A DNA stretch of 37,931 nt. Origin: Armatimonadota bacterium. GTDB lineage: Bacteria; Armatimonadota; Armatimonadia; Armatimonadales; Armatimonadaceae. The notes beneath the pieces are model-generated. The model was not told where the DNA came from and ran no database searches. It saw only the letters and a program-made list of their open reading frames with translations. Both the position numbers and the translations under genes were made by a program. Of the stretch, positions 20,158-29,865 are shown piece by piece. Position 1 is the first letter of the stretch; each line of letters begins with the position of its first letter. The DNA lies in the NCBI GenBank assembly GCA_043754515.1, contig JAYUUO010000139.1:1-37931 (forward strand), given 5' to 3'.

Positions 20158-22470
20158 ATGACCATAGACCCTTTTCCCCTCCTGCCCGTCCGTGACGCGC
20201 CGCCCCTCCCTACGGACCCGCGCGGGCCTATCGAGAACGCCGGAATGCGCGTGACCGTGAGCGACGGCGTGCAAACGTCGGGCTACCAGTTCGTGCCCCA
20301 ACGCAAGCCGGGCCCGTGGCGGGCGCGTTGGATTGGGGGCGCGGACAACCCGCCCGTCGCGCTGTTCCGCCGTGAGTTCGACCTGGATGTTATTCCGGGG
20401 CAAGTGCTGGCCTTTTTGAGCGCGGACGTTTCGTATCGGCTCTGGGTGAACGGGCGGCTCGCGTCGCGCGGGCCGGCCGACATCGGGATGGACTACCACC
20501 GCGTCGGCACCGGCAGATGGTTCTACGATGTCCGCGATCTCGCGCCCTTCCTGCGAGCCGGGCGCAACGTTTTCGCCGCCGAGGTGTTCGCCGTGCCGCT
20601 GATCGGCTGGGAGGGGACGCGCGGGCGCGGCGCCTTCCTCTGCGAGATCGAAGGGATGGCCGAGACGGACGCGTCGTGGCAGGCCCGCGCCGCCGACCAC
20701 TGGCGCGACGCGGGCGGATTCTGGTTGTATGACGGCGCGAACGAGCCGGTCGGTTGGCGTTCCCTCGGCTTCGACGACCGGGAATGGCAGTCCGCCGTCG
20801 TGCTGGAGGACCGGTGGCAATCGCTCGTCGCGAGCGAGATTCCGCCCCGGATGGAGGCTGATTATCCGGCGTCCGGGCTGACACGCGTCGGCGCGGGCGT
20901 CCGACGAAACGGGGGCGCGCCGTTCCCGCTAACTCTCGAATCGGGCGGCACGTTCGCCGTGCGCTATGACCGCGTGCTGTCCGCATTCGTCGGGATGACA
21001 GTGTCGGGCGGGGCGGGCGGCACGCTGTACATCGAGCCGAACGAACCGGACGAACCCGGCTTCCACCGCCGCGCCGCCGTCTCTCTTTCCGGGGGCACCC
21101 AGATCATGGAACTTCCTTTTTTGGACAGCTTCTCGGTGATAAACTTGCGGTGCGAGGGGCTGACGACACCGCTCGTCATTCACGACGTGCGAGCCAACTT
21201 CGCGTCGCTACCGGTCGCCTACCGGGGCACGTTCTCGTGTAGCGACTCCGAACTGACCCGGCTCTGGCGCGTCTGCCGCTGGGCAACGCAACTCTGCTTG
21301 CAAACCCATCACCTGGATTCGCCGCACCATCAGGAGCCGATCAGCGACCCCGGCGACTACATGATCGTGTCGCTTCTCAACTACCACGCGTTCTTCGAAC
21401 CCTGGCTGACGCGGCAGGATCTGCGCAAGTACGCCTGGATCATGGGCCAGTGCGCGAACCGGGTTTTTCACACCAGCTATGCCCTGCTCTGGCTACAGAT
21501 GCTACTCGACTATCACGATTACACGGGCGACACTGACCTGGTACGCGAGCTCGCGCCCACTGTTCACAGCCTTCTCGAAACGTTCACCGGCTACCGGGGC
21601 GGAAACGGCCTGATCTGTGAAGCACCCAACTACATGTTCCTCGATTGGGTCGAGATCGCGGGGTTCCCCGGACACCATCCCCCGGCCGTGATCGGGCAGG
21701 GCTACCTCACCGCCTTCTACTACCGGGCACTCGCGGACGGCATCCGCGTCGCCGAACTACTACGCGAGGATGAGCGGGTGGCGGCGTACGGCCGTCTGCG
21801 CGAGGAGACGAAAGCGGCGTTCGCGCGGGAACTCTGGGACGAGGGGGCGGGACTATATCGCGACGGCAAACCGTCCCAGTCGTCGGTGCCACCGGGCGAA
21901 TGGCTCCCCGCGGACGTGAACATCGAAACGCACACCGCGCACGTCAACGTGCTCGCCGTGCTTTATGACATCGCCCCGACCGAGCGTCACCGCGCGATTC
22001 TGGAGCGGGCGATCACCGGGCCGGACTTCTCCTGCCAGCCGTACTTCATGCACTTCGTGTTCGACGCCCTTTCCCACGCGGGGCTGTTCGAGCGACACGC
22101 CCGCCCGCAAATGGCACGCTGGACGATCCGGGAGGAGACGCAATCCCTGCTCGAAATGTGGGACACCGGCGACCTGAGCCACGCCTGGGGTGCCACGCCG
22201 CTGTACCAGATGTCCGCCCGCATCCTCGGCGTCACGCCCGCGTCGCCTGGATACCGCGCGATACGGATTGCTCCCCGACCGTGCGGCTTGTCGCACGCGG
22301 AAGGCACCGTGCCGACGCCGCGCGGCGACATCCGGGTGGCGTGGCGGCGCGACGCGGGTTGCTTCCATCTCGCGGTCGAGATTCCGGACGGGTGCGTCGC
22401 GGAACTGGTGCTCCCGGACGGCGCGACGACGAGCGTCGGTGCCGGTCACCATGTCATGAAGTTGGGATAG
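20158..22470 (+). CDS. Glycoside hydrolase family 78 (alpha-L-rhamnosidase-like)
   Basis: FRREF..SADVSYRLWVNG..SRGP, GTFSCSDSELTRLW, DSPHHQE..PGD, FLDW, EMWDTGDLSHAWGATP and GTVPTPRGDIRVAW. No signal peptide. Extended -10 TGaTACCAT at ~20117-20125. Confidence 0.88.
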   Translation: MTIDPFPLLPVRDAPPLPTDPRGPIENAGMRVTVSDGVQTSGYQFVPQRKPGPWRARWIGGADNPPVALFRREFDLDVIPGQVLAFLSADVSYRLWVNGRLASRGPADIGMDYHRVGTGRWFYDVRDLAPFLRAGRNVFAAEVFAVPLIGWEGTRGRGAFLCEIEGMAETDASWQARAADHWRDAGGFWLYDGANEPVGWRSLGFDDREWQSAVVLEDRWQSLVASEIPPRMEADYPASGLTRVGAGVRRNGGAPFPLTLESGGTFAVRYDRVLSAFVGMTVSGGAGGTLYIEPNEPDEPGFHRRAAVSLSGGTQIMELPFLDSFSVINLRCEGLTTPLVIHDVRANFASLPVAYRGTFSCSDSELTRLWRVCRWATQLCLQTHHLDSPHHQEPISDPGDYMIVSLLNYHAFFEPWLTRQDLRKYAWIMGQCANRVFHTSYALLWLQMLLDYHDYTGDTDLVRELAPTVHSLLETFTGYRGGNGLICEAPNYMFLDWVEIAGFPGHHPPAVIGQGYLTAFYYRALADGIRVAELLREDERVAAYGRLREETKAAFARELWDEGAGLYRDGKPSQSSVPPGEWLPADVNIETHTAHVNVLAVLYDIAPTERHRAILERAITGPDFSCQPYFMHFVFDALSHAGLFERHARPQMARWTIREETQSLLEMWDTGDLSHAWGATPLYQMSARILGVTPASPGYRAIRIAPRPCGLSHAEGTVPTPRGDIRVAWRRDAGCFHLAVEIPDGCVAELVLPDGATTSVGAGHHVMKLG

Positions 22471-23149
22471 GCTCGGGGAAGATCAGCACGATGGTCAAGC
22501 GGCGCGGGCCGTGCGCCCCGAGAACCAGGGTGTGCTCGATGTCACCGGTGCGGCTCGCGCCGGAGATGAACGATACGAAGCTCGGGTAGCCACTAGTGCC
22601 GTACCGCGCCGCCAGCAATGCGGACGCGGCGGGCAGGTCGGGCACGAGCTGATCGGGCATCGCGACCACGATGTGGTGGGGCGGCAACACGCTCAAGGCG
22701 CGCCCCCCGGACGAGTGTGTAGTGACGAGCACGCTACCGGTCTGCGCGATCAACGCTTCGCACCCGGTGATCGCCACCGCGCAGTCCGCGAGCGTCGCCG
22801 GATTGTCGCGCCCCGACACCCAGAGCGGCAACCCAAGCGAGTCGGCGACGCGTTCGGGTGCGCCCCCAGCGTGCGTCGCCACGACCCGCCACTCCTTCGC
22901 CTCCGCCAGAGCGTGTAGTTCGGCGGTCGCGTCCGCCTCGCTACCGGCGACTATGAGGAACGCCCGTAACTCCGTCAGGCGGGCGCGGAACAGCGCGAAT
23001 CGCTCGGAGGCGGTGGCCCCGACGGGCGGCAGGTAGTCGTCGTGCGCGGACGGGGAGCGCGCTTCGGGGGAGGCCGGAATGGCATTGCCGCCGTCGCGAC
23101 CGAGCGACCGCCGGACACACTCCAAAACGGACGCGTCGGACACACTCAC
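22454..23149 (-). CDS. lutC: LUD-domain lactate utilisation protein C
   Basis: GTG overlaps the lutB-frame TGA; LIAQTGSV, GRALSVLPPHHI and FISGASRTGDIEHTLVLGAHGP. Confidence 0.85.
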   Translation of the reverse strand: MSVSDASVLECVRRSLGRDGGNAIPASPEARSPSAHDDYLPPVGATASERFALFRARLTELRAFLIVAGSEADATAELHALAEAKEWRVVATHAGGAPERVADSLGLPLWVSGRDNPATLADCAVAITGCEALIAQTGSVLVTTHSSGGRALSVLPPHHIVVAMPDQLVPDLPAASALLAARYGTSGYPSFVSFISGASRTGDIEHTLVLGAHGPRRLTIVLIFPEPIPTS

Positions 23150-24328
23150 GATCGCGCCTGCTTCCGCGCTACGTCCTCGCTCCGTGTGCACCAGAGCGCG
23201 CGGAACATCCGGGGCGCGGGCACGGGCAGGTTCCGGGTGGCGGACCAGTCCCGCGCGGGGTCCCACCGACCGCTCGCCAGCGGGCCGCGTTCCGGGACTC
23301 CCGAATAAGGCGTCGTCGCCCGCGTCGTTCCGACGGGCGGTGGGGCGGGCGCGACACATGGCATACCTTCCGCAGTGGAGTGCCTCGCGCATCTCCGGGT
23401 TTGCGAGCAGGTTCGTACGCCCGTTATCCAGTAGTACGACGTGCATTTCGTCCGGCCCGTCCGTCTCGCCGGGCTCCTTCGGCCCGCCGTAGAACGAGTT
23501 GTAGCCAGTCATCAGCTGCCCCGCCCCCGCCGTCGCGAGCAGGGGGAGGAACAGCGCGAGGTCGGAAAGTCGCGGCAATACCTTCTCGATCCCGACCAGC
23601 GCGATATGAACGCGGGGGAGTGCCGCCGTCAGCCGCGCGTTGCCTTCGTTCTCAGTGATCGAGATCATCCCCGTCTCCGCGATCGCGAAGTTCGCTCACG
23701 TGATGCCGACATCCGCCTGAAGAAACCCGTCGCGCAGGACGCGGCGGGCGATCTGGACCAGTTCCTCGGACTCGTCGGTGGGCGCGGTGCCCAACTTGTC
23801 GGAGAATAATGTGCTGCTCTGCTGGCGGGAAAGGTGCATCGCCGGGAATACGAAGTGGTAAGGCGGCTCCTCGCGCAGTTGCACGATGTACTCGCCCAGG
23901 TCCGACTCGACTACGTGAAGCCCGGCTTTTTCGAGCGCGGTGTTGAGTTCGATCTCTTCGCTGGTCATCATTTTCGACTTGATGACGTGCTTCGCGCCCC
24001 GCGCCGCCGCGACCGAAAGGACGTACTCGCACGCCTCCTCGCCCGTAGTCGCCCAGTACACCTTAATGCCACGACCCGTGGCGTTGCGGACGAACTGATC
24101 GAGGTACGTGTCCAGGTGCGACACGACATGCTCGCGGACGCGCGCCGCCTCGTTTCGCGCCGCCTCGTAGTCCGCGAACAGGTTCTGGCGGCCGTCGCGC
24201 TGGACGTAGTAGCTCTCCATCGCCCGCCCGATGCGGTCGCGGTGGTTGGTATCCACCGCGACCGTATGCGCGGCTTTGCCGAAAAGGCTCGCCGACTCGC
24301 CTCTGTCGGGGCTGGCTAATTTATTCAT
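23146..24328 (-). pseudogene. lutB: LutB/LldF L-lactate oxidation Fe-S protein, disrupted
   Basis: KSKMMTSEEI, ESDLGEYIVQL, then GIT*ANF (TGA 23696-23698 at a conserved Gly) and TENEGN. After REALHC the 4Fe-4S motifs are deleted (~23375). The C-terminal WSATRNLPVPAPRMFRALW lies in another frame. Confidence 0.88.
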
Positions 24329-24584
24329 CTCTGGTTCAACACCTCGGCTAGATATAGGGGGCGCACGTTGCTACGGGCGCGGGAAAGAACGCCGCCGATC
24401 TGCATCAGGCAACTCGGGTCGCCCGAGACCACGTACTCCGCGCCGGTTCGGGCGATCCCGGCGCACTTTCCCTCGCCCATCGCGGTCGAGATCATCGGGA
24501 ACTTCACCGCGAAGGTCTTTTCCCGAGTGCCGCTTCGGGGAGAAACTGATCCACGAAGCAGGAAACCATTAAAGAGACGCGTAT
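24325..24584 (-). pseudogene. lutA: LutA (CCG-domain Fe-S protein) remnant
   Basis: (ATA)RVSLMVSCFVDQFLPEAA is joined out of frame at ~24517 to TFAVKFPMISTAM...SGDPSCLMQIGG...LYLAEVL. Most of the gene is deleted and the start codon reads ATA. Confidence 0.85.
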
Positions 24585-24585
24585 G

Positions 24586-25959
24586 TTATGGTTTCCCCCC
24601 GCCGAGCAACGCGCCGACCACGACCCCGAGCGTTTCGCGCTCGCCGACGTTGCCGGGGAACACGATGTAGGGAATGTCCGAGTAGCGGCCTTTCGCGCCC
24701 ACGAGCCAGACCAGAACGCTGGGAGCGATCTGCCCGAGCACCAACGCGCGGCGAATACCGAGTGTTTTCGTGGCGATGTCGGAGGAGGTGATCCCTCCCT
24801 TCGCGACAATCCACGCCGGCCATGACGTCAGAGCCTGAACAATGTCAACCAACGCGCTGGAGACGGTCTCGCCGACCGACAAGCCGCCTGGAGATAACGA
24901 GCGGCTGGTGAAAAGCACCGGCGTGACGCCCCGCGCCAGTGCCGCGTCCGCCGCGCGAGCGGAATGAGCGACCGCGCCCGCGCGTTCCCCCGCGCCGCCG
25001 AGGAGCGACGCCACCGGCACTTCCACGTGGCAGAGCCGATTCCCAAGCGTTTCAGATAGCGCGGCCAGTTGCTCCGTGGTTTTGCCGACGTAGGAGCCGG
25101 CCACCACCAGGCCCGGCGCGTTGCCGGTTAGGCCGAGTTTGTTCGCCGTCAGTAGCGGCCGCTTCGTGATGCCCGCGCGTGCCGCCGCAAGCGACGCGGC
25201 GGTCCGGTACAGATACCGCCGCCCCGCGTTTTCGGCGGCGAGTAGCCCGGCAACGAAGATAGCGAGGTCTGAAGGGCAGGCGGCGTTCACGACGCAGTAC
25301 GCGCCGCGCGGGAGCGTGAGCAGCCGGTCCCGGACCGCCACCGCGCCGCCGTCGCGAATGTCGGCGAGCGAGAGCAGCCGGTCCCGGACCGCCACCGCGC
25401 CGCCGTCGCGAATGTCGGCGAGCGAGACGCGCGCCACGTCGGACGCAGACACCGCGCCTTTTGTCTTTTCCGCGACCCATCCGCGCAGGTCGGAGGCGTG
25501 GTAGCCGAACGTCGCGTCGCGGGCGAACTCGGTCTCGCCGACGGGGGGAAACTGCCCGCCGCCGCGCACATAGTGGATATTCCCGATAGTTAGCCGGCCG
25601 CCTTCCTCGAAGTAGGGGCAGATCAGCACCGCGTCGAATTACTCGCCGAGCGCATCGGCCAGCGCGGTCACCTCGCCGGGGAAATGCCCGCGAAGCGTCG
25701 AGTCGCCCCGGCTCATCACCACGAACGGGACGCCGGTCCGATCCCCCGCCACCCGTAGGTTATTGCCGATTTCGGTCGCCAGTGCCTCCGCTCCGGCGGC
25801 GGGCAGGGCGCGCGAGTTGGTCAGCATGAAAAAGGCGGCGCGGGTGGCATCGAGCAATTCCCGCCCCAGCGCGGCGACGCTCCATTCGGTCAGCACGTGC
25901 ACGCCGTGCGCGGTCTGGGTGCCGGTCGGGTCATCGTCGAACACGACTACTTTGGCCAT
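24586..25959 (-). pseudogene. DUF1537 four-carbon acid sugar kinase family protein, with a nonsense codon and an internal duplication
   Basis: DDDPTGTQT, TNSR, SRGDSTLRGH, TEFARD, VAGSYV..TT.QL, AKGGITSSD and FPGNVG motifs; in-frame TAA at 25639-25641 (GE*FDAVLICP). Confidence 0.88.
25318..25425. repeat. Perfect 54-bp tandem duplication inside the DUF1537 gene
   Basis: Units 25318-25371 and 25372-25425; encodes SLADIRDGGAVAVRDRLL twice. Confidence 0.95.
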
Positions 25960-25963
25960 CCTG

Positions 25964-26357
25964 TTACCGCCCGGTCAGTTCTACCGGGACGCCCTGCGTC
26001 GCGTCCCGATCCAGGAACAGCACCCGCTTGCCCAGCGTCCCCTCATACGGGCGCGGCTCACCGGGCGGGACGGCTGGCGTTCCGAACGGCTCGTCCGCGC
26101 TTTCGACGCGCAGACAGAAGTAGTGCAGCCCCGGCCCGTTGTTCTGGGCGAGCCAGGCGTGGATCGGGTGCTCGGGCGTCAGCGGCTCGACCAGTTGCAG
26201 GTGCGTGTTGCCGAGGTCGAGATGCGTGAGGCGGGTCGTGGCGTTGTTGACGATCTCGGAGAGGATGACCGGGAACCCCATCCGGTCGGCACCATGTCAG
26301 CAAGTTCTCCTCCGTGTTCGGCACCACGATGGCCAGATGATCCAGTCGGTTTTCCAT
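25964..26357 (-). pseudogene. VOC (glyoxalase / methylmalonyl-CoA epimerase-like) protein, frameshifted
   Basis: MENRLDHLAIVVPNTEE..., then one extra base near 26288-26291, then DRMGFP...LQLVEPL...GPGLHYFCLRV...GVPVELT. Confidence 0.8.
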
Positions 26358-26364
26358 GGTGTTA

Positions 26365-27219
26365 CTAGCTCCTCGTCGCGACGACCGGGTTTTCCAGCCG
26401 CCCGATGCCGTCAATCTCCAGCACGCACGTGTCGCCGTCCCGCAGAAACCGCTGTGGCTTCCGGAAGTAGCCGACGCCCGCCGGGGTGCCGGTGGTCACT
26501 ATGTCGCCCGGCTCCAGCGTCATGACGCGGGTCACTGCCGCGATCAGCGTTTCGAGCGGGTACACCCAGTCGCTCGTGCTACCGTCCTGGAGCAACTCGC
26601 CGCTGACGATGGCGCGTAGCCGGACGTCGCTGATGTCGGGCATTTCGTCGGTCGTGACGATACACGGGCCGATGGGCGCGAACGTGTCGTAGTTCTTGCC
26701 GAGCGTGATCTGGTTATCCACGAACTGTATATCGCGGGCGGAAACGTCGTTCAGGATCGTGTAGCCAAACACGGATTCGCGGATCTTGGCCGGGTCGGTG
26801 GAGTGTAACCGCCGCCCGATCACGACCGCGAACTCGACCTCGTAATCTGTCTGCGCGACGCCTTCGGGGAGCACGATCGCCGCGCCGGTCCCGATCACCG
26901 CGTTCGGCAGTTTAGGGAAAAAGAACGGCGACTTCGGCAACACCGCGTGGGGGTTCTCGGCGAAGTGCCCGTGGTAATTCACGCCGGAGCAGAGGATTTT
27001 GCCGGGGCGCAGGGGCGGCAGGATGCGCACGTCCGTGAACCCCAGCGTTTCGGTTTCGGGGGCCGCCGACAGTCGGACCCGCGCCGAATCCAGCGCGGGC
27101 GCGCCGCCCGCGATCAGGCCGAGTAGGTCGCCGTCGCCGAGCGGGACCAACCGCCCCGCCCGCTCCACCGCGTGGTGGATAGTGCGGGACGCGTCCGTGG
27201 TATACGAGTACAGTTTCAT
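26365..27219 (-). CDS. Fumarylacetoacetate hydrolase (FAH) family protein
   Basis: KILCSGVNYHGH, DYEVEFAVVIG, NDVSARD, GKNYDTFAPIGP and PGDIVTTGTPAGVG. Confidence 0.93.
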   Translation of the reverse strand: MKLYSYTTDASRTIHHAVERAGRLVPLGDGDLLGLIAGGAPALDSARVRLSAAPETETLGFTDVRILPPLRPGKILCSGVNYHGHFAENPHAVLPKSPFFFPKLPNAVIGTGAAIVLPEGVAQTDYEVEFAVVIGRRLHSTDPAKIRESVFGYTILNDVSARDIQFVDNQITLGKNYDTFAPIGPCIVTTDEMPDISDVRLRAIVSGELLQDGSTSDWVYPLETLIAAVTRVMTLEPGDIVTTGTPAGVGYFRKPQRFLRDGDTCVLEIDGIGRLENPVVATRS

Positions 27220-28247
27220 GGGATGAGGACACCTTTATGGGATAGGTCGGGGTTCACGCTCAGTTCGGGGAAGATGCGGGGCGCGTCCCAGAGCGATAGT
27301 TCGGTGATCGCTTTCGCGTAAGTAATTCGCCCGGAGGCGAGCAGTTCCAGGGCTTCGGGGAAGTAGCCCGCGGACGCCCACGACCCGAGTATCGTCATCT
27401 CCTCGCGCGTGATGTCGAGTTCGGGGAAGCAGATATTCATGCCTTTGGGGATCAGCCCGAGTAGCACGATGCGCCCGCCCGGCGCGACCAGTTCGGCAGC
27501 CTGCGTCATCACGTCGGGCACCCCGCTCGCCTCGATAACGACCGGCACCCCTTCGCCGTCCGTCCGCGCCAACGCCCATTCGGACAGCGTCTCGTCCGCG
27601 AGGCGCGTTTCCGCGCCTAGTTGCCGCGCTACTTCCAGGCGGGACGGCGAAACGTCGGTGACGACCACCCGCGCCCCGTGCGCCGTGGCCACCTCGATCA
27701 CCGCCAGTCCGATAGGACCGCAGCCCAGCACGAAGACCAGCTCGCCGGGCGTGATCGCGGCCCGCCGACACGCCTGTACCGCGATAGCGATCGGCTCCGC
27801 GAGCGACGCCCACGACAGCGACAGGTTGTCCGGGACGCGGTGCAAACGGTTCGCGGGCGCGGTCAGCCACCGGGCATAGCCGCCCGGACGGTGTACGCCC
27901 AGTATCGAAAGGTTCGCACAGCAGTTCGGCTTCCCGACGTGGCACGGGTAGCAGTGTCCGCAGGGCAGGAACGGCTCCACGACGACGCGCTCCCCTTCCG
28001 CCCATCCCGACATGCCCTCGCCGACACCCGCGACCGTGCCCGCTATCTCGTACCCGCCGATACAGGGGTACAGGGTGTACGGGTTGCGGCCGTTGTAGAT
28101 GTGTATATCGCCCGCGCAGATGCCCGCCGCGACGACCCGCACCAGCACTTCGCCGGGACCGGGCACCGGCGTTTCCGACTCTCCGACGCGTATCTGTCCG
28201 GGCGCGTCCATGATCACGGCGCGCATCGTGCCGGTTACCTCATTCAC
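27216..28247 (-). CDS. Zn-dependent medium-chain (MDR) sugar-acid/polyol dehydrogenase, possibly inactive
   Basis: GICAGD, structural Zn site CGHCYPC...NCC and Rossmann motif GCGPIG. The catalytic GHE motif reads GYE. Confidence 0.88.
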   Translation of the reverse strand: MNEVTGTMRAVIMDAPGQIRVGESETPVPGPGEVLVRVVAAGICAGDIHIYNGRNPYTLYPCIGGYEIAGTVAGVGEGMSGWAEGERVVVEPFLPCGHCYPCHVGKPNCCANLSILGVHRPGGYARWLTAPANRLHRVPDNLSLSWASLAEPIAIAVQACRRAAITPGELVFVLGCGPIGLAVIEVATAHGARVVVTDVSPSRLEVARQLGAETRLADETLSEWALARTDGEGVPVVIEASGVPDVMTQAAELVAPGGRIVLLGLIPKGMNICFPELDITREEMTILGSWASAGYFPEALELLASGRITYAKAITELSLWDAPRIFPELSVNPDLSHKGVLIP

Positions 28248-29029
28248 GCGAACGCCTCCGGCTCCGGGTCAACCGTGATCCACTCACCGGGGCGTAACAC
28301 GAGCGATTCGGGCACGCCTTCCCCCCGCGCGTCCGCCTCCCGATGGAGCCGTGCGAACTCGCGCACATCGTCATCGTCCGGGTTGATATAGTGGCACGGT
28401 AGCACCGTTGTCAGTCCCAGCCACTGCGCGGCGAGCAACCCCTCGCGCGGACTCATCTCGCCGGTCATCATGTGCCCAGGCATCGGGAACCGGCCTAAAA
28501 TCTCTTGGGGGTTGGCGATCCCGATACAGCCGATAGTGGGGTGGTACAACTCCGCTTGCAGTTTCATATCGGAGAAGAGGGCGGTATCGCCGTAGTGGTA
28601 AAAGCGTACCCCCGGCTCTGAGTAGATCACGAACGCCATCGGCACCCCCGACGCGAAGGTGCCGTCGGGCATGCGGATCTGCGACCAGTGGTGGCACTCG
28701 ACCGGCTGCACCTCGACCCCGGCGACCTCGATGCGGATACCCCAGGTCGTCGCCCGGATCTGCTCCGGGGGGATCCCTTTTGCCTGCAAGTATGCCTTGA
28801 CCTCGCCGCCACAGATAACGGGCGCGCCGGTCCGCCGTGCCAACGCTTCCGTGTCGCCTAAATGATCTACGGCGGCGTGCGAGACCACGATCAGGTCAAC
28901 CCGTTCCAGTTCGGTTGACTTGACCGGGCTACCCGGATTATCGTCCAGGAACGGGTCCACGAGGATATGTTTGTTGTCGGGCGTGACGATCTCGTAGGCG
29001 GCGACGCCGAAAAAGCGGATGCGGGTCAT
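28244..29029 (-). CDS. Metallo-beta-lactamase-fold hydrolase (UlaG/UPF0173-like, candidate lactonase)
   Basis: ILVDPFL, SHAAVDHLGD, YHYGDTALFSDM and VLPCHY; AGGAG RBS. Confidence 0.85.
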   Translation of the reverse strand: MTRIRFFGVAAYEIVTPDNKHILVDPFLDDNPGSPVKSTELERVDLIVVSHAAVDHLGDTEALARRTGAPVICGGEVKAYLQAKGIPPEQIRATTWGIRIEVAGVEVQPVECHHWSQIRMPDGTFASGVPMAFVIYSEPGVRFYHYGDTALFSDMKLQAELYHPTIGCIGIANPQEILGRFPMPGHMMTGEMSPREGLLAAQWLGLTTVLPCHYINPDDDDVREFARLHREADARGEGVPESLVLRPGEWITVDPEPEAFA

Positions 29030-29084
29030 TATGTTTTACGGCTCCTGTTTTCCTGCCGATTCCCCGCATAGCGGTCGGTCGCGG

Positions 29085-29847
29085 TCATCGGGCGAACGTG
29101 GCTTCCAGCGATCGGATTAGCTGAACCATGGTCTCGTTGCACGGCGTCGGGACGCCCCCTGACCGGTGGTTACAATCGCGCCGTTGATGACGTCAATCTC
29201 CGTGCGCCGCCCCGCCTCGACGTCCTGCAACATGGACATGGAGGGCTTCGCCTTCCCGACGCGTCCGAGTAGCGATGAGATGGCGTCCCAGCGTTCGTCG
29301 AAATCGAGCGCGATGTGCTTCGCGTTCGCGACCTCCGTGGTCTCCCGGAGCAACGCCTTCATCAGTTCCACGAGCGGCTCGTGCTCGATCAGCTGGCCCG
29401 CTGAGAAACGGAGCAGAGCCGCGGTCGTCAGGGTGCAAATGTTAAGTGCCAGCTTCTTCCAGATCTCGGAAACCACCGTCGCGATCACCCGCCCCGGTCC
29501 TAGTCCTGCAAGCGCGGCGCGTTTCCCCAGCCGTTCTGGAGCGACAGCACCGTGGTGTGGTCGTCTGTGATCAGCATCGCGGAGCGGATCGCCGCCTCGG
29601 TATGGTAGCACTTCACGAACAGAATCGCGAGGTCAACCGGCCCGACCGATCCCGGATCGGTGGTCGCCGGGACGCGAACCTGCCGCCGCTCGCCGCTCTT
29701 CTCCTCAATGGTCGAGCCGTCCGCGTTGATCGCGTCCACGTGGGCGCGCGAAATATCCACCAGCGTCACGTCATTGCCTGCGTCGAATAGTAGGCTTCCC
29801 ATCGCGCTACCCATTGCGCCCGTTCCGCCAATCACACCGATCTTCAT
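29085..29847 (-). pseudogene. Ketopantoate reductase (ApbA/PanE) family oxidoreductase, disrupted
   Basis: GGTGAMG, FVK, SLQNG, WKKL..N, SMLQD, TEIDVINGA and GVPTPCN motifs. Frameshift plus internal deletion near 29480-29505, a 6-bp duplication (SMSM), and a second frameshift near 29157. Confidence 0.85.
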
Positions 29848-29865
29848 ACAGTTAAACCGTTTTCT

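Noticed and set aside
23696..23698. TGA at a conserved Gly, suggesting UGA=Gly recoding (code 25) or selenocysteine
   Set aside because: TGA is the true stop of gltB, trxB, nadE and others. The other in-frame stop is TAA, the position is not a Cys, and the same gene also carries a deletion. A simple GGA-to-TGA mutation explains it.
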